Below are positions 43,732-53,804 of a DNA stretch of 64,000 bases, piece by piece (position 1 is the stretch's first letter; every line of letters starts with the position of its first letter). Source of the stretch: Candidatus Altiarchaeota archaeon (GTDB lineage Archaea; Altiarchaeota; Altiarchaeia; IMC4; SCGC-AAA252-I15); the NCBI GenBank assembly GCA_043804895.1, contig JAZDIN010000024.1, positions 1,888 through 65,887 of the forward strand, given 5' to 3'. The translations under genes were made by a program, and so were the position numbers. A model generated the notes under the pieces. The model did not search any database. It had not been told where the DNA came from and was given only the letters and a program-made list of their open reading frames with translations.

Positions 43732-45021
43732 ATGAGGATATCGGTAGTTGGCTCAGGATACGTCGGACTGATAACCGCTGCAGGCTTCGCAGAGAAGGCA
43801 CACAACGTCCTATGCGTCGACATTGACGAGAGGAAAGTCGACATGATAAACTCCAAAAAGCCCCCAATATACGAGAAGGGCTTGGCGGAGATACTGGAGC
43901 ACGTCGTCCCAGGAAAGCTGAAGGCCACCCTCGACCTTGAAGGAAGTGTACTCGCCTCCGAGGTCACGTTTATCTGCGTCGGAACCCCATCAGACGACGA
44001 CGGCAGCATCAACCTAGAGTATGTGAGGGAAGTGAGCAAGGAGATAGGCCGCATACTCGGGAGGAAGAGGGGATACCACGTTGTCGTCGTCAAAAGCACC
44101 ATCATACCAGGCTCCACAGAGAAGCACGTTATACCTGCCCTGGAGAGGGAGTCAGGCAAAAAGGCAGGGAAGGATTTCGGGGTGGTGATGAATCCCGAGT
44201 TCCTGCGCGAGGGGGTCGCGGTCGAGGACTTCATGAACCCTGACAGGATAGTGATAGGAAGCATCGACCAGAAGGGAGGGGACATCATAGAGAGCATATA
44301 CTATGAGTTCAAAAGCCCGGTGCTGCGGGTGAACCTGAAGACTGCGGAGATGATAAAATACACATCGAATGCGCTATTGGCTACTAAGATAAGTTTCATA
44401 AACGAGGTCGGCAACGTCTGCAAGAAACTGGAAGTAGACGTGTATGACGTTGCGAAAGGCGTCGGACTAGACCACCGCGCCGGACCCCACTTCCTCAACG
44501 CAGGCCCCGGCTTCGGAGGCAGCTGCTTCCCGAAGGACGTGAAGGCTCTTGTACACAAGGCAATGGAATTGGGAGTCAAACCACGGCTTCTGGAAAGCGT
44601 CCTTGAAGTGAACGAACAACAACCTAAGACAATGCTGAAGCTTCTGAAAACAAAATACAAGCTTAAGGGTATGAAGGTGACAGTACTCGGCCTCGCCTTC
44701 AAGGCTGGGACTGACGATGTCAGGGAGAGCCCTGCACTGCCCATAGTAAGGGGGCTTCTGAAGGAAGGCGCCACCGTCACAGCCTATGACCCGCAGGCGA
44801 TGGAAAACTGCGCTCAGGTGCTGAAAGGCAAAATAAGGTACGCCCCAACGCTGAAGGAAGCCCTAGAAACAAGCGAACTGGCAATCATACTAACTGAGTG
44901 GGATGAGTTCAAAACCCTTGACTTCTCAGGCATGAAAAAGAAGCGCGTCTTCGACTCAAGGCACATACTCAAGAGGGACCTGGCGCCAGCCGACATCGAG
45001 TATGAGGGACTCTGCTGGTGA
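43732..45021 (+). CDS. ugd: UDP-glucose 6-dehydrogenase
   Basis: MRISVVGSGYVGL Rossmann start and catalytic GFGGSCFPKD. Confidence 0.9.
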   Translation: MRISVVGSGYVGLITAAGFAEKAHNVLCVDIDERKVDMINSKKPPIYEKGLAEILEHVVPGKLKATLDLEGSVLASEVTFICVGTPSDDDGSINLEYVREVSKEIGRILGRKRGYHVVVVKSTIIPGSTEKHVIPALERESGKKAGKDFGVVMNPEFLREGVAVEDFMNPDRIVIGSIDQKGGDIIESIYYEFKSPVLRVNLKTAEMIKYTSNALLATKISFINEVGNVCKKLEVDVYDVAKGVGLDHRAGPHFLNAGPGFGGSCFPKDVKALVHKAMELGVKPRLLESVLEVNEQQPKTMLKLLKTKYKLKGMKVTVLGLAFKAGTDDVRESPALPIVRGLLKEGATVTAYDPQAMENCAQVLKGKIRYAPTLKEALETSELAIILTEWDEFKTLDFSGMKKKRVFDSRHILKRDLAPADIEYEGLCW

Positions 45022-45186
45022 GACAACCGACCTTTTTTATTACCAGTCTAATATTATAGCTGAGGGCATAACTCTTTAGACTTCGTAGGGGGTATATTAG
45101 ACTTTGTGCCCTCAGATATATTCGAGAGCATAGAATCCAAGTCAAGAAGGTTATGCTCTCGACTATAATCCTAACAGGTGGTTAAG

Positions 45187-46065
45187 ATGAAGGCTGTTAT
45201 TCCGGCTGCGGGGTTAGGGACTAGGTTCCTTCCCGCCACAAAGAGCCAACCGAAGGAGATGCTACCCCTCGTAGACAAACCAAGCATACAGTTCGTCGTG
45301 GAGGAGTGCGTCGCCTCAGGAATAGACGACATACTCATCATAACAGGCCGCGGGAAACGCGCAATCGAAGACCACTTCGACAGGAGCGTCGAACTGGAAG
45401 AGGTTCTAGACCACAGCGGCAAAAACGATCTGAAGAGGATGGTAGAGTGCATCGCCGACATGGTTGACATACACTACATCCGCCAGAAGGAGGCGCTCGG
45501 ACTCGGCCATGCTATTCTAAGGGCAAAAAAGCACGTCGGGGACGAGCCTTTCGCTGTCTTACTTGGCGACGACATCGTGTTCTCGAAGAAGCCTTGCACT
45601 AGGCAGCTGATAGACTTGTACGGGAAATACAAGGCGTCGATAATCGCTGTGGAGAAGGTGCCTAAGGAGAGGATATCAAGCTATGGTGTGATAGGTGGCA
45701 CAGAGACTGAAAGATGCCTTTGCAGGATAACCGACCTTGTGGAGAAACCAAAGCCGCAGGATGCGCCGTCCAACCTCGGGATAATAGGCCGTTACATGCT
45801 AACGCCCGCGATATTCGACCATCTGAAGAGGACGAAGAAGGGCGCCGGAGGGGAGATACAGTTGACCGACGGACTGAAAAGCCTCAACAGGAGGGAGGCG
45901 ATGTACGGGTGGCAGTTTGAGGGGGTCAGATACGACCTAGGGAACAAGTTCGAGTACATGAAGGCTTCCATAGAGTACGGCACGATACACCCGGAAGTGG
46001 GACCGAAACTGAAGCACTACCTTGCGAACGTGAACCTGAAGGAGATTGAGGAGAAGTTCAAATGA
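45187..46065 (+). CDS. galU: UTP-glucose-1-phosphate uridylyltransferase
   Basis: [27 protein letters not shown]. The listed GTG 45178 is probably 3 codons too early. Confidence 0.9.
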   Translation: MKAVIPAAGLGTRFLPATKSQPKEMLPLVDKPSIQFVVEECVASGIDDILIITGRGKRAIEDHFDRSVELEEVLDHSGKNDLKRMVECIADMVDIHYIRQKEALGLGHAILRAKKHVGDEPFAVLLGDDIVFSKKPCTRQLIDLYGKYKASIIAVEKVPKERISSYGVIGGTETERCLCRITDLVEKPKPQDAPSNLGIIGRYMLTPAIFDHLKRTKKGAGGEIQLTDGLKSLNRREAMYGWQFEGVRYDLGNKFEYMKASIEYGTIHPEVGPKLKHYLANVNLKEIEEKFK

Positions 46066-47000
46066 AGAAGGCCTTGGTGACGGGCGGCGCAGGGTTCATA
46101 GGCTCGCACCTTTGCGACAGGCTCCTTAAGGGGGGATACCATGTCACCTGCATGGACAACCTCATAACAGGGAACATGCGAAACATCGCCCACCTTAAGG
46201 GCGAGGATAATTTCAGGTTCATAAAACATGACGTCAGCCAGCACATAGGCTTCGAAGGCGAGTTGGATTACATACTGCACTTCGCATGCCCTGCAAGTCC
46301 CATAGATTATCAGAATTTTCCTATACAGACGTTGAAGGTAGATTCCATAGGGACCCTCAACACACTAGGCCTTGCGAAGGCTAAGGGCGCGAAGTACATG
46401 CAAGCCTCCACCTCGGAAGTGTACGGCGACCCGACAGTGCACCCGCAGCCTGAAAGCTACTGGGGCAACGTGAACCCAACAGGCCCGAGGAGCATGTACG
46501 ACGAGGCTAAAAGGTTCAGCGAAGCGCTTGTGATGGCGTACCATCGGACGCATAAGATGGACACTAGGCTGGTGAGGATATTCAACACATACGGCCCTAG
46601 GATGAGGCGAAACGATGGTAGGGTGGTGCCGGCGTTCATCTCCCAGGCCCTGGCAGGGAAGGAGCTGACGGTGTTCGGGGACGGCACCCAGACGAGGAGC
46701 TTCTGCTTCATCGACGACGAGGTTGAGGGAATCTGGCGCCTAATGAACGTTGACTACCATGAGCCTGTTAACATCGGGAACCCCGGGGAGTTCAACATGC
46801 TCGAGCTCGCGGATATAATTCTCAAACTGACAGGGTCTAAGTCGAAGATGACTTACAGGCCGCTGCCGAAGGACGACCCGAAGCAACGGTGTCCTGACAT
46901 CACGCTCGCGAAGAAGCTGCTCAACTGGGAGCCGAATGTGAAACTGAAGGAGGGCTTAATGAAGACTATAGAGTATTTCAGAGAGGTGCTGAGTGAGTAA
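46062..47000 (+). CDS. uxs: UDP-glucuronate decarboxylase (UXS-type SDR)
   Basis: [24 protein letters not shown] and [11 protein letters not shown]. Start overlaps the galU stop (ATGA). Confidence 0.8.
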   Translation: MKKALVTGGAGFIGSHLCDRLLKGGYHVTCMDNLITGNMRNIAHLKGEDNFRFIKHDVSQHIGFEGELDYILHFACPASPIDYQNFPIQTLKVDSIGTLNTLGLAKAKGAKYMQASTSEVYGDPTVHPQPESYWGNVNPTGPRSMYDEAKRFSEALVMAYHRTHKMDTRLVRIFNTYGPRMRRNDGRVVPAFISQALAGKELTVFGDGTQTRSFCFIDDEVEGIWRLMNVDYHEPVNIGNPGEFNMLELADIILKLTGSKSKMTYRPLPKDDPKQRCPDITLAKKLLNWEPNVKLKEGLMKTIEYFREVLSE

Positions 47001-47916
47001 GGTTCTCGTCACAGGCGGGGCTGGTTTCATAGGCTCTAACACAACAGACCTCCTAGTCGAAAAAGGCTATGATGTGGTGGTCGTCGACAACCTCACCACA
47101 GGCAGGAAGAGGAACGTAAACCCGAAAGCTAAATTCTACAAGACGGACATAACGTCAAAGAAGCTTGACCAAGTCTTCAGGAAGGAGAAGCCGGACTATG
47201 TGATGCACCTGGCAGCGCAGATAGACGTGAGAAAAAGCGTTGCAGACCCGGCCTACGACGCAAGTGTTAACCTCCTTGGCACGATAAACCTCCTGGAGTC
47301 GTGCAGGAGGAACAAAATCAAGAGGATAGTCTACTCATCATCTGGCGGAGCCGTGTACGGTGAGCCACAGTACAATCCAGTGGATGAGAAACACCCCATC
47401 AAGCCGCTTTGCCCATACGGCGCATCAAAGTACGCAGCAGAGAAGTACGTGGAACTTTACAACAAGAACTTCAGCATAGACTACAACATACTCCGCTACG
47501 GGAACGTCTACGGCCCGCGGCAGGACCCGCTCGGGGAGGCTGGGGTGGTGGCGATATTCACAGGACTCCTCAACAAAGGGATGCAGCCGACGATATTCGG
47601 TGACGGGAAGCAGACGAGGGACTTCTGCTTCGTCGGCGACGTTGCAGTCGCGAACCTGACTGCGCTTGAGAGGAGTGGCAAGTCTATGGTTTATAACATC
47701 GGCTCTGGAGTCGAAACCTCTGTGAATGAAATCACTGAAAAGCTGATTGAGGCTACCGGCGCTAAGGTCAGGCCTAAATACGGTGACCCAATCCTCGGAG
47801 AGGTGCGCAACATATTCCTCAACGTGAGCCTGGTTGAGAGGGAACTCGGTTGGAAAGCCGAAACAGAGCTTAAAAATGGGATCTACAAGACTGTGGAGTG
47901 GGTGAAGAATGAGTAA
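46993..47916 (+). CDS. NAD-dependent epimerase (UDP-glucose 4-epimerase-like)
   Basis: [11 protein letters not shown] and [14 protein letters not shown] start overlaps the uxs end. Confidence 0.75.
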   Translation: MSKVLVTGGAGFIGSNTTDLLVEKGYDVVVVDNLTTGRKRNVNPKAKFYKTDITSKKLDQVFRKEKPDYVMHLAAQIDVRKSVADPAYDASVNLLGTINLLESCRRNKIKRIVYSSSGGAVYGEPQYNPVDEKHPIKPLCPYGASKYAAEKYVELYNKNFSIDYNILRYGNVYGPRQDPLGEAGVVAIFTGLLNKGMQPTIFGDGKQTRDFCFVGDVAVANLTALERSGKSMVYNIGSGVETSVNEITEKLIEATGAKVRPKYGDPILGEVRNIFLNVSLVERELGWKAETELKNGIYKTVEWVKNE

Positions 47917-48565
47917 GCTCATATCGGCGTCGATACTCTCAGCCGATTTCTCAAGACTAGGGCAGGAGATAAGGAGTGTGCAGGAGGCAGGAGTGGACTG
48001 GATTCACCTGGACGTCATGGACGGCTGCTTCGCACCGAACCTCAGCCTAGGGTTACCAGTGATACATTCGATAAGGTCAGTGACAAAGCTGACGTTCGAC
48101 ACGCACCTCATGATACTGGACCCGCCGCGGTACATACTCCAGTTCAGAAAAGCCGGCGCTGACATAATCACAGTCCACGCCGAAGCGTGCACTCACATGA
48201 ACAAATGCATAGAGTTGATAGTCTCATGCGGCGCCAAAGTCGGAATATCACTGAACCCCCAAACCCCACTCGAAAAAGTGGCTGACATACTTCCACAATT
48301 GGACTTACTGCTCATAATGGGTGTTGAACCAGGCTTCGGAGGACAGAACTTCGACCCCAACGTAGTCCCGAAAATCAGGGAGGCGAGGAGGATGATAGAT
48401 GAGAGGGGGCTGAAGGCTCTCATCGAAGTCGACGGCGGAATAAACGGCAGGACCGCGAAGGAAGTGTCAGAGGCCGGGGCTGACGTGTTCGTCGCAGGTT
48501 CATACATCTTCAACCACCCGAAAGGAGTGAAGGCAGCTGTTTCAGAACTCAGGAAACGTATTTAA
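47909..48565 (+). CDS. rpe: Ribulose-phosphate 3-epimerase
   Basis: ASILSADFSRLGQE, HLDVMDGCFAPN and VDGGIN. Confidence 0.9.
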   Translation: MSKLISASILSADFSRLGQEIRSVQEAGVDWIHLDVMDGCFAPNLSLGLPVIHSIRSVTKLTFDTHLMILDPPRYILQFRKAGADIITVHAEACTHMNKCIELIVSCGAKVGISLNPQTPLEKVADILPQLDLLLIMGVEPGFGGQNFDPNVVPKIREARRMIDERGLKALIEVDGGINGRTAKEVSEAGADVFVAGSYIFNHPKGVKAAVSELRKRI

Positions 48566-48589
48566 CCGGATACACTATAATTCTCACAC

Positions 48590-49414
48590 GTGGTTGGCAT
48601 GGATGAGACCGTAGAGTTGTTGAAGTCTAAATCAAAGGCAGTCAGGAAACACGTCCTTGAGATGACCACCAAAGCGTGCTCCGGACACCCAGGCGGCTCG
48701 CTATCAGCCCTTGACGTGATAGTAACACTGTACTTCTACAAGATGCGACACCGCTCCAGTGAACCCGACTGGCCTGAACGGGACAGGTTCATCCTCTCCA
48801 AAGGCCATGCGTCACCAGCCCTCTACAGCGTCCTTGCAGAGGCAGGATACTTCCCAAAGGAGGAGCTCGACAAGTTCAGGAACATAGACAGCTTCCTTGA
48901 GGGACACCCATCCCACAAGAGCATCCCAGGAGTCGACGTATCAACAGGCTCCCTAGGGCAGGGATTGAGCATCGCATGCGGCATCGCATTAGCAGGGAAG
49001 ATGGATAAAAAGGAATACAGGGTATACGCGGTCCTTGGGGACGGCGAATGCCAGGAAGGCCAGATCTGGGAGGCTGCGATGGCTGCCGCACACTACGGCC
49101 TCGACAACCTGTGCGCAATCGTTGACAGAAACAGCCTCCAGATTGACGGAAGCACAGAGGAGGTGATGGCTGTGGAGCCGATAGCTGACAAGTGGGCGAG
49201 CTTCGGATGGAACGTGCTTGTGATAAACGGCCACAACCATTCTGAGATAATGAAGGCGTTAGACGATGCCGAAGCGCTTAAAGGGGCGCCGACGGTGGTA
49301 ATAGCCCACACCACAAAGGGGAAGGGTATCTCATTCATGGAGAACGTCTGCGAATACCATGGGAAACCATTGAATAAGGACCAGCTGTGTGACGCGCTGA
49401 AGGAGCTGACATGA
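48590..49414 (+). CDS. Transketolase, N-terminal subunit
   Basis: SGHPGGSLSALDV and GDGECQEGQIWEA (thiamine-diphosphate binding). The start may instead be ATG 48599. Confidence 0.9.
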   Translation: MVGMDETVELLKSKSKAVRKHVLEMTTKACSGHPGGSLSALDVIVTLYFYKMRHRSSEPDWPERDRFILSKGHASPALYSVLAEAGYFPKEELDKFRNIDSFLEGHPSHKSIPGVDVSTGSLGQGLSIACGIALAGKMDKKEYRVYAVLGDGECQEGQIWEAAMAAAHYGLDNLCAIVDRNSLQIDGSTEEVMAVEPIADKWASFGWNVLVINGHNHSEIMKALDDAEALKGAPTVVIAHTTKGKGISFMENVCEYHGKPLNKDQLCDALKELT

Positions 49415-50355
49415 GATACGACATCAAAGAGCATACAAGGGAAGCGTATGGAAGGACGCTTGTAGAGCTTGGCAGGGAGAACCCTGACATCGTAGTCGTT
49501 GACGCTGACCTAAGCACCTCAACGAACACGCACATGTTCGCCAAGGAATTCCCTGACAGGTTCTTCAACGTAGGATGCGCTGAACAGAACCTGATGGGCG
49601 TATCAGCAGGCCTGGCCATCGCAGGGAAGACCGTGTTCACGAGCGCCTTCGCTATGTTCGGTGCAGGACGCGGGTGGGAGCAGATTAGGAACACGATAGC
49701 ACACGACAGCCTCGAAGTCAAACTTGTCCTAACCCACGCAGGCATAACGGTAGGGAAAGACGGAAGCTCCCATCAGGCGATAGAGGATATCGCCCTCATG
49801 CGGGTCATACCTGGGATGAGAGTAGAGGTGCCCTCAGACGCAGCTGAAACAAGTGCGCTAGTCAGGGCGGCTGTAAAACACAAAGGCCCAGTCTACATGA
49901 GGCTCACAAGGGAAAAGAGCCCAGTCATATTCCAGGAATACGATTTTGACACTGAAAAGCCAGTGCAATTATCAGACGGAGATGAAGCCACCATAATCGC
50001 CTGCGGATACATGGTTGCAGAGGCGATGAAAGCTGTCGAAGACCTTAAGGAGGAGGGAATGGACGTCCGCCTCATAGACATGCACACTATAAAGCCTATA
50101 CATACGCAGACCATCCTGAAGGCAGCCAAGGACACTGGAGCTGTTGTGACTGTCGAGGAGCACAGCATATTAGGAGGCCTTGGAAGTGCCGTGGCGGAGG
50201 TATTGTGTGAGGGTTATCCGACTCCCATGAGGAGGGTGGGTGTGAGGGACAGGTTCGGCAAATCAGGAGACTCAAAGGACCTGATGGTAAGATACAACCT
50301 CACGCCAAACGACATAACCAGGGCGGTGAAGGAAGCAATCAAAGCGAAGAAATAG
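49411..50355 (+). CDS. Transketolase, C-terminal subunit
   Basis: FPDRFFNVGCAEQNLMGVSAGLA, with ATGA overlap to the N-terminal subunit gene. Confidence 0.9.
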   Translation: MRYDIKEHTREAYGRTLVELGRENPDIVVVDADLSTSTNTHMFAKEFPDRFFNVGCAEQNLMGVSAGLAIAGKTVFTSAFAMFGAGRGWEQIRNTIAHDSLEVKLVLTHAGITVGKDGSSHQAIEDIALMRVIPGMRVEVPSDAAETSALVRAAVKHKGPVYMRLTREKSPVIFQEYDFDTEKPVQLSDGDEATIIACGYMVAEAMKAVEDLKEEGMDVRLIDMHTIKPIHTQTILKAAKDTGAVVTVEEHSILGGLGSAVAEVLCEGYPTPMRRVGVRDRFGKSGDSKDLMVRYNLTPNDITRAVKEAIKAKK

Positions 50356-51373
50356 CCTTAACGAACTCCTTATTCTCCTCTACAGTCCCGGCGCTGACCC
50401 TAATGTACTCCCCTTTGAATCCTTTCAGTTTCCCGAACTCCCTGACTATTATTTTCCGTTCAACCATCCTGTCGAAGAACTCCTGGGAAGTCATGGGCGT
50501 GACGTCGGCGAATATGAAGTTGCTGTCAGATGGGTAAGGCTTGAACTTTGAGGACAGAGCCTTGTAGATGGACTCCCTGCCAGCCACAATCTTATTCACG
50601 CACCATCTCATGTAACCGAGGTCATCCAACGCAGCTACAGATGCAGCTTCAGCGAGGCTCGATAGGTTGAACGGAAGCTTCACCTTCAACATGGCCCGTA
50701 CCACAATAGGGTCTGCGACCGCATAGCCTACCCTCAGACCAGCTAGTGCGAACGCCTTGCTCAAAGTCCGAAGTACGATGAGGTTAGGGTAATCCCTGAC
50801 CCAGCCGACCCGGCTCTTGCCTGAGAACTCATAGTATGCCTCATCCAACACAACAACCTTCCCATCGTCAAGAACGGCCTTGACATCGCTGTCCGGGATG
50901 CTCAGCCCCGTCGGATTGTTCGGGCTGCAAAGGAATGCGAGCCTGCAATCGCCCGCCTCCTTTAGGAATCTCCTAGCATCGAAGGTGAAGTCGCCCCCGA
51001 GCTTTACTGGAACGTATTTTTCCCCCATCGCGCCCGCTGCTATCGGGTATTCCGCAAAGGACGGGTAACTGCCTGCGACCGGTCCTTCGAAGACTTTCAC
51101 CAGCATGTCCATAAGCTCATCTGAGCCGTTCCCGAGTGCGATGTTCTCCTTCCCTACGCCCGCGTATTCCGCTACCTTCCCCCTGACTTCGTCGCTCCTG
51201 TAGGGGTAAAGCTGGGTTCGCCCGCTCCACTCCCGCAGGACCTCCACGACCTTCGGGCTTGGGCCAAAGTTGTTCTCATTGCTTGCAAGCTTGATGAATC
51301 CTTCCCTGAACTCGCCTGGAACATAGTCTGGAAGGGATAGTACATTCGGCCTGATACAGTCCTTGACGTCCAT
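50339..51373 (-). CDS. hisC: Histidinol-phosphate aminotransferase
   Basis: LASNENNFGPSP and the pyridoxal-phosphate lysine context LRTLSKAFALAGLRVGY. Confidence 0.85.
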   Translation of the reverse strand: MDVKDCIRPNVLSLPDYVPGEFREGFIKLASNENNFGPSPKVVEVLREWSGRTQLYPYRSDEVRGKVAEYAGVGKENIALGNGSDELMDMLVKVFEGPVAGSYPSFAEYPIAAGAMGEKYVPVKLGGDFTFDARRFLKEAGDCRLAFLCSPNNPTGLSIPDSDVKAVLDDGKVVVLDEAYYEFSGKSRVGWVRDYPNLIVLRTLSKAFALAGLRVGYAVADPIVVRAMLKVKLPFNLSSLAEAASVAALDDLGYMRWCVNKIVAGRESIYKALSSKFKPYPSDSNFIFADVTPMTSQEFFDRMVERKIIVREFGKLKGFKGEYIRVSAGTVEENKEFVKAISSL

Positions 51374-51441
51374 CCTTAATCTTATGGAGGATTTATATTA
51401 AACATCATATAATGTACCACGCTGTATGAGTTTGTGTCAAA

Positions 51442-52287
51442 ATGGCTGCTGAAGCGAACAGGGAACGTCTGACGATAACGCTGAGGAACGACCTCTTGAG
51501 GGAACTTGACGACATGGTTGACGGCATAAAGGTGAGAAACCGCTCACACGCCATAGAAGTCCTCATATCACGCGTCCTAGAGTCGAAGAAGGTCAAACGG
51601 GCGTTCATACTCGCAGGCGGGAAGGGAACGAGGATGCGACCGTTCACATACGAGATGCCTAAGCCGATGATACCCATAAAGGGGAGGCCTCTGATACAGC
51701 ACATAATAGAGCTCTGCCGGAAGTACGAGATACGGGACATAATACTCTCCACAGGATACCTCGGAGGGAAGATACGCGAACACTTCGGCGACGGCTCACA
51801 CCTCGGCGTTGACATAAAATACGTCGAAGAGAAGGAGGAGCTCGGAACCGCAGGACCCCTGAACCTTGCAAAAAACCTGTTGAAGTGCCCGTTCCTCATG
51901 TTCAACGGAGACGTCCTGAGCGACATAGACTTGGCTGACCTCATAAGATTCCACGGCGAACAGAACGCCCTAGCGACTATAGCGCTCACACAGGTCGAAG
52001 ACACGTCAGCCTTCGGGGTGGCAAGGCTTAAAGGAGATAGGATAGTCGGATTCGTGGAGAAGCCTAAAAGCAGCGAAGACAGCAGGCTCATAAATGCAGG
52101 AGTGTACGTTCTCGAACCTGAGGTCCTGAAATACGTCAAGCCAGGAAAATCGATGATAGAACGAGACGTCTTCCCGAAGCTCTCGGCAGAAGGCAAACTC
52201 TACGGATACCTTTTCGACGGACAGTGGTTCGACACCGGAACTCCGGAAGCGTACGAGAAGGCTATCAAAAACTGGAGGGGCATCTGA
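51442..52287 (+). CDS. Sugar-phosphate nucleotidyltransferase with an N-terminal ribbon-helix-helix extension
   Basis: Residues 8 to 45, RLTITLRNDLLRELDDMVDGIKVRNRSHAIEVLISRVL, fit an RHH pattern. ILAGGKGTRMRPFTYEMPKPMIP is the NTP-transferase G-loop. Confidence 0.75.
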   Translation: MAAEANRERLTITLRNDLLRELDDMVDGIKVRNRSHAIEVLISRVLESKKVKRAFILAGGKGTRMRPFTYEMPKPMIPIKGRPLIQHIIELCRKYEIRDIILSTGYLGGKIREHFGDGSHLGVDIKYVEEKEELGTAGPLNLAKNLLKCPFLMFNGDVLSDIDLADLIRFHGEQNALATIALTQVEDTSAFGVARLKGDRIVGFVEKPKSSEDSRLINAGVYVLEPEVLKYVKPGKSMIERDVFPKLSAEGKLYGYLFDGQWFDTGTPEAYEKAIKNWRGI

Positions 52288-52288
52288 G

Positions 52289-53632
52289 GTGAGCATCTTC
52301 AGGGCCTATGACATAAGAGGAGTGTACGGAGTAGACCTGACAGACGAGATAGCAAAGAACGTTGGTAAGGCATTCGGCTCCACACTTAAAGGCACGATAG
52401 CCGTAGCCCGCGACGTGAGAGTCAGCTCCCCGCCGCTCGCTAACGCTCTAATAAAAGGACTGAAATCGACTGGACTGAGAATAATCGACGTAGGAGTGGC
52501 CCCGACGCCGGTGCTTTATTTCACGATACACCACCTGAGACTGGACGGCGGAGTAATGGTAACCGGAAGCCACAACCCGCCACAATACAACGGATTCAAA
52601 CTTTGCAGAGGAACGATGACGCTCTATGGCCCAGAGATACAGGCCATAGGGGACGCGATAAATGCTGGTGAATTCAGGACAGGCAACGGGACAGTCGAGA
52701 GTAGGGAGATAGTACACGAATACATCAAGTTCGTGAAAGAGCGAATCAAACTGAAGAGGAAGCTGAAAGTCGTAGTCGACTGCGCCAATGGGACGGCAGG
52801 GGCTGTGGCGCCGAAACTCTTGCAGCAGTTGGGATGCGAGGTGATAGAACTCTACTCAGAACCGGACGGAATGTTCCCGAACCACCCAGCCGACCCGACA
52901 GTAGACGAAAACCTAAAAGAGCTGATAAGGAAGGTGGAGGAGACGAAAGCCGACGCAGGACTAGCATACGATGGAGACGCTGACAGGGCTGGGTTCGTCG
53001 ACGAGGAAGGGGGGATAATAAGGGGCGACCAGGCATTGGCGCTCTTTTCAAGGGAGATCCTTGCGAAACACCCTGGCGCGCCAGTGATATTCGAGGTGAA
53101 ATGCAGCCAGGCGCTGACAGAGGACATCCTGTCGCACGGCGGAAAGCCGATAATGTACAGGACCGGGCACAGCTTCATCAAAAAGAAGATAAAGGAGGAG
53201 CACGCCCTAATCGCAGGGGAGATGAGCGGCCACTTCTTCTTCGCAGACGACTACCCAGGATACGATGACGGGATATACGCCTCCTGCAGGATGGCACAAC
53301 TCCTCTCAAACGCTGGCGGAAAATTGAGCGAGGAAGTGGCGACAATACCAAAATACTATTCGACGCCGGAGATACGCTTAGACGTCCCAGAGGAGATAAA
53401 GTTCAAGCTAGTAGACGAAGTCCGAAAGGAATTCGAAGGCAAATACGACGTCATAACAGTCGACGGAGTCAGAGTACAGACACCCGACGGCTGGGGCCTG
53501 ATGAGGGCGTCAAACACCCAACCTGCCGTGATACTCAGGTTCGAAGGCAAGACTGAAAAGAAGCTTGAGGGTATGAAAGCCATGTTCCGGAAGGTCCTGG
53601 ACAAACACCCTCAGTTGAGGGGTAAGATTTAA
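52289..53632 (+). CDS. Phosphomannomutase/phosphoglucomutase family protein
   Basis: Active-site TGSHNPPQYNGFK, metal loop DGDADR, GTG start. Confidence 0.85.
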   Translation: MSIFRAYDIRGVYGVDLTDEIAKNVGKAFGSTLKGTIAVARDVRVSSPPLANALIKGLKSTGLRIIDVGVAPTPVLYFTIHHLRLDGGVMVTGSHNPPQYNGFKLCRGTMTLYGPEIQAIGDAINAGEFRTGNGTVESREIVHEYIKFVKERIKLKRKLKVVVDCANGTAGAVAPKLLQQLGCEVIELYSEPDGMFPNHPADPTVDENLKELIRKVEETKADAGLAYDGDADRAGFVDEEGGIIRGDQALALFSREILAKHPGAPVIFEVKCSQALTEDILSHGGKPIMYRTGHSFIKKKIKEEHALIAGEMSGHFFFADDYPGYDDGIYASCRMAQLLSNAGGKLSEEVATIPKYYSTPEIRLDVPEEIKFKLVDEVRKEFEGKYDVITVDGVRVQTPDGWGLMRASNTQPAVILRFEGKTEKKLEGMKAMFRKVLDKHPQLRGKI

Positions 53633-53654
53633 CCCCTGGCTACCATTCCATATA

Positions 53655-53714
53655 CCTGTGATGACTCAAGCCGGCTGAGCCAGTATGCTGTGATGAGGCT
53701 TATGAGTGCTGAGG
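53655..53714 (+). ncRNA. C/D box sRNA candidate (C, D', C' and D boxes all present)
   Basis: cc-tGTGATGA (53658..53664), 10-nt guide, CTGA (53675..53678), 10 nt, tGTGATGA (53690..53696), 12-nt guide GGCTTATGAGTG, CTGA (53709..53712), then gg. Terminal CC/GG can pair. It lies in the gap between the PMM/PGM stop and the real start (53805) of the next gene. Confidence 0.55.
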
Positions 53715-53804
53715 AACATATGCAAGCCTTTTCTTTTAATATACCGTATATTAACTATGGTTTCTCCTCAGGCATGCGGGGAAAAGCAGACCCGACTTGC
53801 CTTG

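Noticed and set aside
43728-44297. 189-aa minus-strand ORF opposite ugd.
   Set aside because: It is a shadow ORF. ugd is unambiguous.
51405-52196. 263-aa minus-strand ORF opposite the nucleotidyltransferase gene.
   Set aside because: It is a shadow ORF with Ser-rich low complexity. The + strand product has the GGxGTR loop.
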